From an uncultured Ignavibacteria bacterium (lineage in GTDB: Bacteria > Bacteroidota > Ignavibacteria > UBA10030 > UBA6906): a stretch of DNA of 64,000 bases. The translations under genes and the position numbers were made by a program. A model generated the notes under the pieces. It ran no database searches, had not been told where the DNA came from, and saw nothing but the letters and a program-made list of their open reading frames with translations. The stretch lies in contig CAWABB010000006.1 of the NCBI GenBank assembly GCA_963780165.1, positions 395,499-459,498 on the forward strand, read 5' to 3'. The first letter of the stretch is position 1. Each line of letters opens with the position of its first letter. Positions 20,294 through 30,202 of this stretch are shown piece by piece.

Positions 20294-20509
20294 ATGACCG
20301 CACACGAGGCGGTCCCAACAACCACGGGTGTGCGCTTTCTGCGAGAGCACGGCGTCGCATTTATCCCCCGGTTCTACACGTTCCAGGAGCATGGCGGCAC
20401 CGCCCACGCGGCGGAATCGCTCAAGGTGGATGAGCACAACATGGTCAAGACCTCCTTGACATTCTTCCCCCGTTTCATCACTTTGCCGATCATCCGTCCA
20501 CATTCATAA
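20294..20509 (+). pseudogene. N-terminal remnant (~45 aa) of a YbaK/ProX-type aminoacyl-tRNA deacylase
   Basis: MTAHEAVPTTTGVRFLREHGVAFIPRFYTFQEHGGTAHAAESLKVDEHNMVKTSL resembles the YbaK N-terminus. It then diverges (TFFPRFITLPIIRPHS*). No continuation in other frames downstream. Confidence 0.45.
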
Positions 20510-20522
20510 TCAGGGGCATATC

Positions 20523-20681
20523 ATGGCTGGGAGGGCGAAGCGGACCACACACCGCAGCTCGACCGGAACGAAGCTGTATGCAGTGCGTGACAGCAAGGGC
20601 CGGTTCAAGGACATCCAGACCTACAAGCGCGCTCATTCCGCCGACCTCAGGAAGAAGAGCAAGAAAGAGAAGGAGAAGTAG
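20523..20681 (+). CDS. small highly basic protein (52 aa); not in the ORF track (below the 60-aa cut-off)
   Basis: MAGRAKRTTHRSSTGTKLYAVRDSKGRFKDIQTYKRAHSADLRKKSKKEKEK*. High GC3 codon usage. Stop is 3 nt before the DLH start codon; a purine-rich stretch aaagagaaggagaag precedes the DLH ATG. Confidence 0.4.
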   Translation: MAGRAKRTTHRSSTGTKLYAVRDSKGRFKDIQTYKRAHSADLRKKSKKEKEK

Positions 20682-20684
20682 ACG

Positions 20685-21509
20685 ATGACAGGGAGAAAGA
20701 TCTGGCTGGCCGCCGCGTTGTGCCCAACCCTGCTGGCTGTTGCCGCCGCAGGGTGCTCCCCTGCCCCTCCGAAGCCTGGCATCAGCGGACAGGAAGTAAC
20801 ATACGCCGCCGGCGAGACGACGCTCAAGGGCTATCTCGCATACGACGCTGCGAAAGAGGGGAAACGGCCCGGTGTCCTGGTCGTTCACGAGTGGTGGGGA
20901 CTCAACGAGTACGCGCGCAAGCGCGCGCGGATGCTTGCCGAGCTGGGATACACTGCACTGGCGGTCGACATGTACGGCGACGGCAAGCAGGCGTCGCACC
21001 CTGAAGACGCGGGAAAGTTCGCTGCGGCAGTGTTCCAGAATTTTGAAGGTGCGAAAGCCCGCTTCCTCGCCGCGAGGGACCTCCTGAAGGCGCAGCCGAC
21101 CGTGGATCCGGAGAAGATTGCCGCGATCGGGTATTGCTTCGGCGGAGGGATCGTCCTGAACATGGCGCGCGCAGGCGTGGACCTCGACGCTGTGGTGAGC
21201 TTTCATGGAAGCCTCGGAGCCGCCGTGCCTGCGGCCCCGGGCGGCGTGAAGGCGCGTCTCCTTGTCTGCAACGGCGGGGATGATCCGTTCGTCACGCCCG
21301 AACAGATCGAGGCCTTCAAGAAGGAAATGACCGATGCCGGCGTGAGCTTTGTGTTCCGATCCTACCCCGGGGCGAAACACGCCTTTACCAACCCCGAAGC
21401 CGACCGGAACGGGAAAGAGTTCAACCTCCCGCTCGCGTACAATGCGCAGGCCGACTCCGCTTCATGGACGGACATGAAGTCGTTCCTCGCCTCCACGCTC
21501 ACCCCATAG
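20685..21509 (+). CDS. dienelactone hydrolase family lipoprotein
   Basis: 274 aa. Lipoprotein signal (LLAVAAAGCSP). DLH blocks GVLVVHEWWGLNEYARKRARMLAELGYTALAVDMYGDG and GYCFGG. Confidence 0.85.
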   Translation: MTGRKIWLAAALCPTLLAVAAAGCSPAPPKPGISGQEVTYAAGETTLKGYLAYDAAKEGKRPGVLVVHEWWGLNEYARKRARMLAELGYTALAVDMYGDGKQASHPEDAGKFAAAVFQNFEGAKARFLAARDLLKAQPTVDPEKIAAIGYCFGGGIVLNMARAGVDLDAVVSFHGSLGAAVPAAPGGVKARLLVCNGGDDPFVTPEQIEAFKKEMTDAGVSFVFRSYPGAKHAFTNPEADRNGKEFNLPLAYNAQADSASWTDMKSFLASTLTP

Positions 21510-21522
21510 CTCCGGATCTGCC

Positions 21523-21930
21523 ATGAGCAGCACACCAGCTCCAACCGCGGGATCGATACTCTGGACCGACCTCACGGTTCCGAACGCCGAGGCCGTGCGC
21601 GATTTCTATCGGGAAGTCGCGGGATGGGGCGTGAGCCCCGTGGACATGGGAGGGTACGCAGACTACACGATGACATCCCCTGCGGATGGCTCTGCCGTCG
21701 CCGGCGTCTGTCACGCCCGCGGTGTGAACGCGGGCCTTCCGGCGCAGTGGCTGGTGTACATCAGCGTCGCGGACCTCGACGGAAGCATCGCGCGCTGCAC
21801 GAAGCTGGGCGGGTCGGTCGTGTTCGGGCCGCGCTCCATGGGCCAGCACGGACGCTACTGCGTGATCCGGGATCCGGCCGGGGCAGTCGCTGCCCTGATT
21901 CAACCTCCGCAGCAGACAGGTGAGAGATGA
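21523..21930 (+). CDS. VOC (glyoxalase/bleomycin-resistance fold) family protein
   Basis: 135 aa; WTDLTVPNAEAVRDFYREVAGW...GGYADY pattern of PhnB-like VOC proteins. Confidence 0.65.
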   Translation: MSSTPAPTAGSILWTDLTVPNAEAVRDFYREVAGWGVSPVDMGGYADYTMTSPADGSAVAGVCHARGVNAGLPAQWLVYISVADLDGSIARCTKLGGSVVFGPRSMGQHGRYCVIRDPAGAVAALIQPPQQTGER

Positions 21931-22505
21931 TCCGCAGCCACCGCTCGATTCACACGCGCATCAATAGAGTAGCCGTTGCCGTCCTACTCCTGGCCGCCGC
22001 AGCAGCACGCTCAACGGCCGATGTCACTCCCGCGGCCGGCGACGCGTTCGTCGTGAAGCAGGCGGCGGTCGTCCCCTGCCTGCCTCTCGAGGCGTTCGAC
22101 GCATTCACGGGGGATATCACTCCGTGGTGGGATCACTCGTTTTCGGCCACGCCCTACAGGATGTACATTGAGCCGAAACCGGGCGGCGGATTTGTGGAGC
22201 TGTTCGATGCGGCGGGGAACGGCGCGCTGCATGCCACGGTGATCACCGTCCAGCGGGGAAAGCTCATCCGGTTCGAGGGGCCGCTCGGACTTGCGGGCAG
22301 CGCCGTTCTGAACATCACGACCTGCACGTTCGACTCAGCCGGGGGCGACTCCTGCCGGGTCACTGTGGAAGCGCACATGTCCGGTGAGATCGACCAGCAG
22401 CTCGCCTCGAGGGTCGACGGCGTGTGGCGCCACTTCCTCGTCGAGCGCTTCGCCCCGTACATCAGGTCGGGGGCGTTCCGCTCGAAGAAGCCGCTCAAGC
22501 TCTAG
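21927..22505 (+). CDS. SRPBCC (AHSA1/polyketide-cyclase-like) domain protein with signal peptide
   Basis: 192 aa. N-terminal hydrophobic segment. SRPBCC-like core (ITPWWDH...GGGFVELFDAAGNGALHATVITVQRGKLIRFEGPLGL). Overlaps the previous gene by 4 nt. Confidence 0.55.
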   Translation: MIRSHRSIHTRINRVAVAVLLLAAAAARSTADVTPAAGDAFVVKQAAVVPCLPLEAFDAFTGDITPWWDHSFSATPYRMYIEPKPGGGFVELFDAAGNGALHATVITVQRGKLIRFEGPLGLAGSAVLNITTCTFDSAGGDSCRVTVEAHMSGEIDQQLASRVDGVWRHFLVERFAPYIRSGAFRSKKPLKL

Positions 22506-22598
22506 GACCGCTTTCCCCTCCCCTTCCCCGCTCCCGTCACCATCGTGAGCGCGTCATCTTTCAGGACGCCCCGTGTGCCATCCGTGTGTCCGGTTCGA

Positions 22599-23060
22599 CT
22601 ACTTCGGTGGCTGGGCGTCGTCGACGAGCTCCATGCCCACGACGAAATACGGGGTGTCTCCGAACCAGTTGAGCGGTATGCCAACGTGCTCGTCATACCT
22701 AATTCTCACCCGGCGCCCGAGGCATTCCTGCAGCTGTTTGGCGACGGCGTCGTCGCGGCTGGAGAAATGAAAGACCTCCGGCATCGCGCCGGGCAAATTG
22801 GCCATCGCAAGCTCGCCTTCCCACGTCTTGAATATCCACCCTTTCTTGGAAAGCTTCTGTACGTAGCCTGCCCGCTCCCCCGTTGAGTACGAGAAGCTCA
22901 GGGCGACCCAGGTCCACACTGCCAGGATGACGATGACAGAGACCAGCAGCAACGCGAGCGCGCGGAGGATCCAGCTCTTCGCGCGCTTCATTCCCGAGGC
23001 AAGTTTCGAGGGCCCCTTCTCCCCTTCTGCAGCTTTCGGTGATGCCTTCTGTTCTTTCAT
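22599..23060 (-). CDS. hypothetical single-pass membrane protein
   Basis: ORF 22599..23150. Likely start MKEQKASPK (23060). One TM helix (ILRALALLLVSVIVILAVWTWVAL) followed by a ~100-aa soluble domain. Family not recognised. Confidence 0.4.
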   Translation of the reverse strand: MKEQKASPKAAEGEKGPSKLASGMKRAKSWILRALALLLVSVIVILAVWTWVALSFSYSTGERAGYVQKLSKKGWIFKTWEGELAMANLPGAMPEVFHFSSRDDAVAKQLQECLGRRVRIRYDEHVGIPLNWFGDTPYFVVGMELVDDAQPPK

Positions 23061-23085
23061 GGTTATCTTCCCGGGTTGTTCACAT

Positions 23086-23832
23086 CTACTTCTTCTTCCC
23101 TTGATTGGCGACTGCCTGTGCCGCTTTTGCGACCGCTTCGGGATCACCAAGATAATAGTGGCGGATCGGCTTCATGTCGTCCGACAATTCATACACGAGC
23201 GGGATCCCTGTCGGGATATTCAGACCGACGATCTCGCTGTCCGGAATGTTGTCCAGATACTTGACGAGCGCCCTCAGACTGTTGCCATGCGCCGCGATGA
23301 TGACGCGGCGCCCGCTCTTCACGGCCGGCGCAATCGTTTCGTGCCAGAGCGGCAGAAACCGCGCGACGGTGTCCTTGAGGGACTCGGTCAGCGGGAGGCT
23401 TGCCGCCGCCAGTCCCGCGTAACGCGGATCGTTGCCGGGAAAGCGCGGATCGTCCACCGTGAGCTTCGGCGGTGGAATGTCGTAGCTCCTCCGCCACACC
23501 TTCACCTGTTCCTCCCCGTGGCGCTCCGCGGTCTCGGCCTTGTTCAGCCCCTGCAGCGCCCCGTAGTGACGCTCGTTCAACCGCCAGTCGTTGATCACCG
23601 GCAGCCACATCTGGTCAAGTTCTTCGAGGGCGATCCAGAGCGTCTTGATCGCGCGCTTCAGCACCGACGTGTACGCCACATCGAACACGTAACCGTCCTT
23701 CTTCAGCACGCGGCCGGCCTCGTGCGCCTCCGCAACGCCCTGGTCGGAGAGCGGAACATCGGTCCAGCCCGTGAACCGGTTCTCGCGGTTCCACGTGCTC
23801 TCACCGTGACGCAAGAGAACGAGTTTCTTCAT
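23086..23832 (-). CDS. gpmA: 2,3-bisphosphoglycerate-dependent phosphoglycerate mutase
   Basis: 248 aa. [25 protein letters not shown] with the catalytic His. Confidence 0.9.
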   Translation of the reverse strand: MKKLVLLRHGESTWNRENRFTGWTDVPLSDQGVAEAHEAGRVLKKDGYVFDVAYTSVLKRAIKTLWIALEELDQMWLPVINDWRLNERHYGALQGLNKAETAERHGEEQVKVWRRSYDIPPPKLTVDDPRFPGNDPRYAGLAAASLPLTESLKDTVARFLPLWHETIAPAVKSGRRVIIAAHGNSLRALVKYLDNIPDSEIVGLNIPTGIPLVYELSDDMKPIRHYYLGDPEAVAKAAQAVANQGKKK

Positions 23833-23861
23833 TGGTTCATGCTCCTGAGCTTTGGATTCAG

Positions 23862-24356
23862 TTAGGGTTGACGATCATGCGCGAGGCGCCCGTACTGCCC
23901 CGTGAAATACAGCAATGGAAGACCGTCCCGCGTCGCTGCAGTATCGACCGCTCCCACGAAAATGGTGTGGTCGCCGCCTGGATAGCGCTCGACAATCCGG
24001 CATTCGATCGTCGCAAGGGCATCTTCGAGCAACGGCACGTCTCCAGCCCCCCTCCGGGTGGGAACGCCGTCAAACTGGTCAACCCTCCCCGCGGGCATCG
24101 CAAACTTCCGGGAGATCGCCTCCTGGGCCTCGCTCAGCACGTTGACCGCGAAGCGATCGGTGCCTGAGAGCGCCTCGTGCGCGGACGCCTCCTTCCCGAT
24201 TGCGATAAGGACGAGGGGTGGAACAAGCGACAGCGACGCGAACGAGCTGACCGTGATCCCCTTCGGATTGCCGCGGGCATCCCGGGCGGTGACGACCGTG
24301 ACCCCGCTGGCAAACCTTCCCAGCGCGGCGCGGAACTCGGTTTCGGAAACGGGCAT
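23862..24356 (-). CDS. flavin reductase family protein (HpaC-like NAD(P)H:flavin oxidoreductase)
   Basis: ORF 23862..24605. Conserved part from [24 protein letters not shown]...[18 protein letters not shown], typical of the flavin-reductase-like domain. Start at ATG ~24356. Confidence 0.75.
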   Translation of the reverse strand: MPVSETEFRAALGRFASGVTVVTARDARGNPKGITVSSFASLSLVPPLVLIAIGKEASAHEALSGTDRFAVNVLSEAQEAISRKFAMPAGRVDQFDGVPTRRGAGDVPLLEDALATIECRIVERYPGGDHTIFVGAVDTAATRDGLPLLYFTGQYGRLAHDRQP

Positions 24357-24538
24357 GGAGGACTGTTCGCAGAGAGAATTGCGCGGCTTCAGCCGGAGAC
24401 ACGCCGGGCGAGCGTGACCTGACGGCCGCGAGGACGAAACATAATCCGAAGAACGACGTAAATCTGCAAGGGGGATCGCTTGACATCCGTCCAGTGCATC
24501 CGTACCATTCAATGATCCCCGACCATCCGGAGCATCGC

Positions 24539-25396
24539 ATGAAATTGTGGTTTCGTTATCTCGTGGCCAGCGGAGCTCTTCTGAGCCTGTCGCTCCCGGC
24601 GACAACCTCCGCGGGGCCCTCAGGATCGGATTCCTTTGACTGGGTCCTGGGCCGCAATCGGAGACCTTTTGTGGAGTTTGGATACGGCATTGACTGGATT
24701 CGCCACAAGAACCTGGAAGCCGAATTCCCGTCGATCGGCGCCCTGGAGCTGAAAGCGGGCTATCTCTCGGTCGACGTGCTCGAAAATGGGATCGTATCGC
24801 TCGACGAGAGCTTCATCCACGGAACATGGTACGATTCCAACCTGGGCGGTGGATCGGGCGGGACGGAAGGGTTGAGCGGGACGCTCAGCCGCTTCGGATT
24901 CGGAAAGCGAAAAGGGTACGGCTACGATCTGAAAAATGCCGCCATCGTCCCCTACTTCACCTCCAGCATTTCCTGGACCGAACTCTCAACCGATCGCCCC
25001 GTGACACTCGGGGAGACCGACACTGACATTCTCAATCGATACGAAGGGACCTTCCGGTTCGGGCCTTCCGCGGAGGCCGGCATCCGATTCAACATCGGCC
25101 CCACGTTCTCCATGATCGCCGGGTACGAAGTCAACATCGTCTACCCGCGCTTTGTCTTCTGGGAGTGGCTTGGCAGCTACTCGATAGCCGCCGTTGCCAA
25201 CGGTGTCGTGATGTGGTTCGGTGAGGATATCCTTGAGGCCTCTCCGACTCTCGGGCCGATCATGATCTTCATCGTCCGGGGAGCCCTGGTCTGGGGAATC
25301 TACCAGCTCTGGCGTGAGGAGATGAACTGGCCCTTCAACTCGGAAACTCCGCTGACCCACGAAACCGCGAAGTTCGGCCTCAACTTCACATTTTGA
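24539..25396 (+). CDS. hypothetical secreted protein, possible outer-membrane beta-barrel
   Basis: ORF 24494..25396. Signal peptide MKLWFRYLVASGALLSLSLPATTSA from ATG 24539. Alternating hydrophobic/polar beta-strand-like segments. Gly-rich loop GGGSGGTEG. Aromatic-rich C-terminus ending ...LNFTF. Confidence 0.45.
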   Translation: MKLWFRYLVASGALLSLSLPATTSAGPSGSDSFDWVLGRNRRPFVEFGYGIDWIRHKNLEAEFPSIGALELKAGYLSVDVLENGIVSLDESFIHGTWYDSNLGGGSGGTEGLSGTLSRFGFGKRKGYGYDLKNAAIVPYFTSSISWTELSTDRPVTLGETDTDILNRYEGTFRFGPSAEAGIRFNIGPTFSMIAGYEVNIVYPRFVFWEWLGSYSIAAVANGVVMWFGEDILEASPTLGPIMIFIVRGALVWGIYQLWREEMNWPFNSETPLTHETAKFGLNFTF

Positions 25397-25522
25397 CCCG
25401 AACGGCGGGGCCGGATCAGCCACGAGCTCCCGGCCCCGCCATATCTTCCCCCGACGCACCCCCGACTCTCGCAAGTTACCCCGACGTTTTCTACATTATT
25501 TGGTCAGTTTGGAGAGATACGA

Positions 25523-27784
25523 ATGTCACAGTACTATGTCCTTCCCATCCGGCGGGTTTTGGCGGTGTCGCTGCTCCTTGCACCGTGTCCCACCCCCTTC
25601 GCCGTCGCGCAGGAAAAGAGCCCCAGCTGGCCAGTGGAGATCACGAGGGACGATATGACTGTTATCGTCTACAGTCCTCAGATCGACACGTTCGAGGGGG
25701 ATTCGCTCACAGCGCGGGCCGCCATCGCAGTCACGCCCAAAAGCACGAACAAGACTAGCTACGGGGCGGTCTGGATGGTCAGCAAGGCAGCCACAGATCT
25801 TGACGAAAGAATGGTGACCTTGACTGCGGGACGCGTTCCGAAGATCAAGCTCCCCAATACCGCCGAAGGCATTGCGGAACGGGCCAGGGCAGTCGTCGAA
25901 GAGGCCCTTCAAACAAGCACGATTGTGATGTCGCTCGACAGGCTCGTCGCATCGCTTGGGGGAAATACTGGAGAGATCGGAGGCGAGGGATCATACAGCA
26001 CCGATGCGCCAAAGATCATTGTGGTCAACTACCCCGCCGTGCTCATCCCGATCGATGGAGATGTGAAACTCTCCAAGGTCGAGGGGTACAACCTCGAGGA
26101 AGCCCAGAACACGCCATTCTTCCTGGTCAAGGAGTCCGCCACCGGCGCGTACTACATGAAGGGCGGGCCGTTCTGGTATCGTGGGACGATGGATGGGGAT
26201 TCCCCGAAGTTCGACCTGACGCAGAGCGCTCCGCAGGAAGTGGTCGCGTACTACCGGTCGATCGCAAGCGAAGAAGATCTTGTCGCCGATACGGCCAAGG
26301 CCGACCCGGCGAAAGCTCCCAAGCTTGTGTTCACCGACGAGACCGCAGAGCTTATCTCGTATGACGGCAAACCCGACATGAAGCCGATCAAGGGGACTGA
26401 GCTTCTGTACATCGCAAACAGCGATCAGGATGTTCTCCTGGACATTCCGTCTCAGATGTACTATGTCCTCTTCTCCGGCCGCTGGTACACATCCAAGGCT
26501 CTCGAAGGAAAGTGGGCGTACGTCCCATCAGACAATCTCCCGGTGGATTTCAGGAAGATCCCCCCCGATTCGCCAAAGGGTGATCTCCTTGCCACCATCG
26601 CCGGAACCGATCAGGCGAAAGATGCGGTTCTCGAAAACAAGATCCCACAGACTGCCGAAGTCAGCATCGACTCCGTGAGTGCGAACGTGAAATTTGACGG
26701 GGATCCGAAATTTGACGCCGTCGAAGGGACGCAGATACAGTACGCGTTGAACGCGAACGTCCCGATCATCCTTTTCGGAGGCAGGTACTACGCGTGTGAC
26801 AACGGAATCTGGTTCTCCGCGTCGTCCGCTGGCGGGCCGTGGGTCGTGACAAGTGCGATACCGGCTGAGATCTACACCATCCCGCCGAGCTGCCCGGTAC
26901 ACCAGGTCACCTACGTGCGGGTGTACGACTATACGCCGACCACTGTTGTATTCGGATACACTCCAGGGTACCTCGGTTCGTACGTGTACGGACCGACCGT
27001 GATCTACGGAACAGGCTACTACTACCAACCGTGGTACGGAACCGTGTACTATCCTCGCCCTGTCACTTACGGCTTCAACTTTCATTACAATCCGTGGACC
27101 GGCTGGGGCATGGGGTTCACTGTTGGGACGGCAGGACCCTATGGATGGTTCGGGGTGAGCGTAGGCGGGTGGTGGGGCCCCCCGGTGTACCGTCCTCCTT
27201 ATGCGTATGGGCGGGCGCCCTATTACCGACCCCCGCCGTACTACAGACCGCCGTACGCAAATCGACCGGGAGGCGCCTATCCTCCGGGAGCTGCATACAG
27301 GCCCGGGACAGGTCGCCCGACGCAGTCCCCGAATCGGAACATCTATTCTTCCCGCCCGACTGCGGGGGTCAGACCCGCTACCAGGCCGGCAACCAGACCG
27401 GGCACTTCTGCGCCGGGCGTAAGCACTCGCCCCGCTCAGCCAACGGCAAAGCCGTCGACGCGGCCAAACAACGTCTATTCGGACCGAGACGGCAACGTGT
27501 ACCGAAAGACAGACCAGGGGTGGCAGCAACGGGACCAGGGCCAGTGGAGCAAGCCCTCGACCACGCCGTCGAAGAGCCCTTCCAGCCGTCCATCCACGAC
27601 GCCCTCAACCCGTCCATCAACCGGAAGCAAGCCGCAGATGGACCAACAGCAAATGGACCGGCAGCATCAGGCGCGGCAACAAGGAACGCGGCAGTCCCAG
27701 AATTACCAGCAGTCGCGCCAGTCGTACGGATCGCGCCCGTCAGGCGGTTCCAGGCCTTCCGGAGGCGGCGGGCCGCGGCGCTAG
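25523..27784 (+). CDS. hypothetical secreted protein (753 aa) with Pro/Tyr/Arg/Ser/Thr/Gln-rich low-complexity C-terminal ~230 aa
   Basis: Signal peptide MSQYYVLPIRRVLAVSLLLAPCPTPFAVAQ. Globular ~520 aa. Tail PPVYRPPYAYGRAPYYRPPPYYRPPYANRP...TRPATRPATRPGTS...RPSGGSRPSGGGGPRR. No family recognised. Confidence 0.55.
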   Translation: MSQYYVLPIRRVLAVSLLLAPCPTPFAVAQEKSPSWPVEITRDDMTVIVYSPQIDTFEGDSLTARAAIAVTPKSTNKTSYGAVWMVSKAATDLDERMVTLTAGRVPKIKLPNTAEGIAERARAVVEEALQTSTIVMSLDRLVASLGGNTGEIGGEGSYSTDAPKIIVVNYPAVLIPIDGDVKLSKVEGYNLEEAQNTPFFLVKESATGAYYMKGGPFWYRGTMDGDSPKFDLTQSAPQEVVAYYRSIASEEDLVADTAKADPAKAPKLVFTDETAELISYDGKPDMKPIKGTELLYIANSDQDVLLDIPSQMYYVLFSGRWYTSKALEGKWAYVPSDNLPVDFRKIPPDSPKGDLLATIAGTDQAKDAVLENKIPQTAEVSIDSVSANVKFDGDPKFDAVEGTQIQYALNANVPIILFGGRYYACDNGIWFSASSAGGPWVVTSAIPAEIYTIPPSCPVHQVTYVRVYDYTPTTVVFGYTPGYLGSYVYGPTVIYGTGYYYQPWYGTVYYPRPVTYGFNFHYNPWTGWGMGFTVGTAGPYGWFGVSVGGWWGPPVYRPPYAYGRAPYYRPPPYYRPPYANRPGGAYPPGAAYRPGTGRPTQSPNRNIYSSRPTAGVRPATRPATRPGTSAPGVSTRPAQPTAKPSTRPNNVYSDRDGNVYRKTDQGWQQRDQGQWSKPSTTPSKSPSSRPSTTPSTRPSTGSKPQMDQQQMDRQHQARQQGTRQSQNYQQSRQSYGSRPSGGSRPSGGGGPRR

Positions 27785-27800
27785 CACGAGGCGACATCTG

Positions 27801-28283
27801 ATGGATGCAGAACTCCTCCAGATCATACACAGGCTCCTCAGCACTGCGCGGATGGCGGCCCTTGGAACCCTCCGGGAGGGCGCACCGTTTGTCTCACTGA
27901 CCACGACTGCGCCAGCCGACGATTTCACCACATTCTGGCTTCACCTGAGCCGGCTTGCATTCCACACGCGGCATATCGAGGACGACCCTCGAGTCAGCCT
28001 GATGATCTGGGAGGAAGCTGAAGCAGCGCGCGACCCACAATCGCTTGCGAGAATCTCTCTCGCCGGGGAGGCGGTCAGGATCGATCCGGACACAGCGGCC
28101 TTCGAGTCCGGCAAAGCGGTGTTTCTCAATCGGAATCCTGACAGCGGGAGCTTCTTCATGCTCGGGGACTTCGCCCTCTATCGCATTACCGTCGGATACG
28201 GCCGGCTCGTCGGCGGGTTCGGTGCAATCCATACGATTTCACCGTCCCATCTCCGCGAGGCATCCCGGTTCGGTCAGCCCTGA
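27801..28283 (+). CDS. pyridoxamine 5'-phosphate oxidase-related FMN-binding split-barrel protein
   Basis: 160 aa; ARMAALGTLREGAPFVS...DDPRVSLMI...DFALYRI pattern of the PNPOx-like/HugZ-like fold. Confidence 0.55.
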   Translation: MDAELLQIIHRLLSTARMAALGTLREGAPFVSLTTTAPADDFTTFWLHLSRLAFHTRHIEDDPRVSLMIWEEAEAARDPQSLARISLAGEAVRIDPDTAAFESGKAVFLNRNPDSGSFFMLGDFALYRITVGYGRLVGGFGAIHTISPSHLREASRFGQP

Positions 28284-28312
28284 GCCTCTCACACATCCTG
28301 TAGAGGTACGGC

Positions 28313-28819
28313 ATGGGACAGGTCACGATGCGCATGCGGCAGGTCATGGATACACGTGCCGCGCTCTGGGCGGGCGTTATCAGCGGAGCATTCTTCCTGA
28401 TCGCCAGCATGGCGCTCACCTGGTGGGCAATCGGAAGTCCGTGGGTCATCACGCGCCTGGTCGCGTCGCTCCTCCTCGGGCCCGGAGCCCTTCCGCCCCC
28501 TGCCACCTTCTCGTTCGGTACCGCTATCGTGGCACTGATCGTCCACTTCGCACTCTCCATCGGCTACGCGATGCTGATCGCCTTCGTCCTGCACCGCTGG
28601 GGGATGGTGGTCGGTATCATCGGCGGCGCGATCCTTGGCCTTGCGATCTTCGCAATCAACTTCTACACCGTGAGCTACCTCGTCCCGTGGTTCTATCCCA
28701 TGCGGAGCTGGATGCTCGCGGCCTCGCATGCGCTGTTCGGCGCCATGGCTGGAGGTTTGTACGAAGCGATGGAAGTCGAGCGGTTCGTCGCGGCTCCGAC
28801 CAATCTCAAACCTGAGTGA
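28313..28819 (+). CDS. hypothetical integral membrane protein (about 4 TM helices)
   Basis: 168 aa with four hydrophobic spans. No family recognised. Overlaps the next gene by 4 nt. Confidence 0.45.
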   Translation: MGQVTMRMRQVMDTRAALWAGVISGAFFLIASMALTWWAIGSPWVITRLVASLLLGPGALPPPATFSFGTAIVALIVHFALSIGYAMLIAFVLHRWGMVVGIIGGAILGLAIFAINFYTVSYLVPWFYPMRSWMLAASHALFGAMAGGLYEAMEVERFVAAPTNLKPE

Positions 28820-29709
28820 GCGGCATGGACAGAAACGACATGGTCACGCGACAGTACTTCGGGCAGCGGGCGTTCCCCTCTCAGGATCGTCCGCGCGGCG
28901 TCGCAGGCAAAGGGCGCCTGATCGTCGCACTCGTCGTCGCCGTGTTCGCGCTGATTTCCTACTTCGGCTCGAAGTCGTACAACCCCGTGACCGGCGAAGA
29001 TCAGTACGTCAGCATTACAGCGGAACAGGAAATTGCGCTCGGCCTGCAGGCCGCGCCGTCCATGGTGCAGCAGTTCGGCGGACTGCTGCAGGATGAACAG
29101 GCACAGGCACTGGTCGACCGCGTCGGAAAGTCCGTCGTCAGGCGGAGCCCGGCCGCACAGTCCGGATATCCGTTCGAATTCCACGCCCTGGCGGACATGC
29201 AGACCGTCAACGCCTTCGCACTTCCGGGCGGACAGATCTTCATCACGGCGGCGCTCCTGTCGAAACTCGAGACGGAAGGTCAGCTTGCGGGCGTCCTTAG
29301 CCACGAGGTCGGCCACGTCGTCGGGCGGCACGGCGCGGAGCACCTCGCGAAGGAAGAGCTCACGCAGGGACTGACCGGATCGGTGTTGCTCGCCACCTTC
29401 GACCCGGACAACCCCGGAAGCTACAACACGGCGCAGATGGCTCAAGTCGTTGCAAGCCTGATCAACAACAAGTACGGCCGTGACGACGAACTCGAGTCCG
29501 ACCGATTCGGCGTCGCGTACATGTCCGACGCCGGATACAATCCCGGCGCGATGATCCGCGTGCAGGAGATTCTGGACGAGCTTGCGGGGAGCGGACGTCC
29601 GCCGGAGTTTCTCAGCACGCATCCGAACCCCGAAAACCGAATCGCGGTCATCAAGGAGGCCATCGACGCGAAATTCCCCGGCGGCGTGCCGGAGGGGATG
29701 ACGCCGTAA
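28816..29709 (+). CDS. M48 family zinc metallopeptidase
   Basis: 297 aa; N-terminal TM anchor; HEVGHVVGRHGAEH zincin motif; FALPGGQIFIT substrate-binding block typical of M48/YfgC-like proteases. Confidence 0.8.
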   Translation: MSGMDRNDMVTRQYFGQRAFPSQDRPRGVAGKGRLIVALVVAVFALISYFGSKSYNPVTGEDQYVSITAEQEIALGLQAAPSMVQQFGGLLQDEQAQALVDRVGKSVVRRSPAAQSGYPFEFHALADMQTVNAFALPGGQIFITAALLSKLETEGQLAGVLSHEVGHVVGRHGAEHLAKEELTQGLTGSVLLATFDPDNPGSYNTAQMAQVVASLINNKYGRDDELESDRFGVAYMSDAGYNPGAMIRVQEILDELAGSGRPPEFLSTHPNPENRIAVIKEAIDAKFPGGVPEGMTP

Positions 29710-29800
29710 CACCCGCGACGGGGCAACATCCAGACCGTCGCGCACCGCACCATAGCACCATCATCGAGACGCTCACCGTCTCAGAAAAGGAGACCAGCAC

Positions 29801-30175
29801 ATGCTCAAAGAGAAGTATCGGTCGCTGCTCGACTACGGCTCAAGCCTGAACATGAAGAATGTTCAGGTGACCGAAGAGGCGGGCAAGCTCACCATCAAGG
29901 GGCTCGCCCCCTACCAGTTCGACAAGGACCGTTTCTGGGACAAGGCCAAGACGTTCGCGAACTGGGACAAGGAAGTCGCCATCAACATCGGCGTTGAGAA
30001 GAACGATGCCTACGGGTTCTACACGATCCAGTCCGGCGACACGCTCTCCAAGCTGGCAAAAGCCCATCTCGGAGACGCAAAGCGGTACATGGAAATCTTC
30101 AAGCTCAACACGGACAAGCTGAAGGATCCCGACAAGATCATGGCCGGGCAGACGATCAAGCTGCCCCCGAAGTAA
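29801..30175 (+). CDS. LysM domain protein
   Basis: 124 aa. C-terminal LysM (YTIQSGDTLSKLAKAHLGDAKRYMEIFKLNTDKL...GQTIKLP). Confidence 0.75.
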   Translation: MLKEKYRSLLDYGSSLNMKNVQVTEEAGKLTIKGLAPYQFDKDRFWDKAKTFANWDKEVAINIGVEKNDAYGFYTIQSGDTLSKLAKAHLGDAKRYMEIFKLNTDKLKDPDKIMAGQTIKLPPK

Positions 30176-30202
30176 GGGTCCATCCCTGGGCATCGGATTC
30201 GG

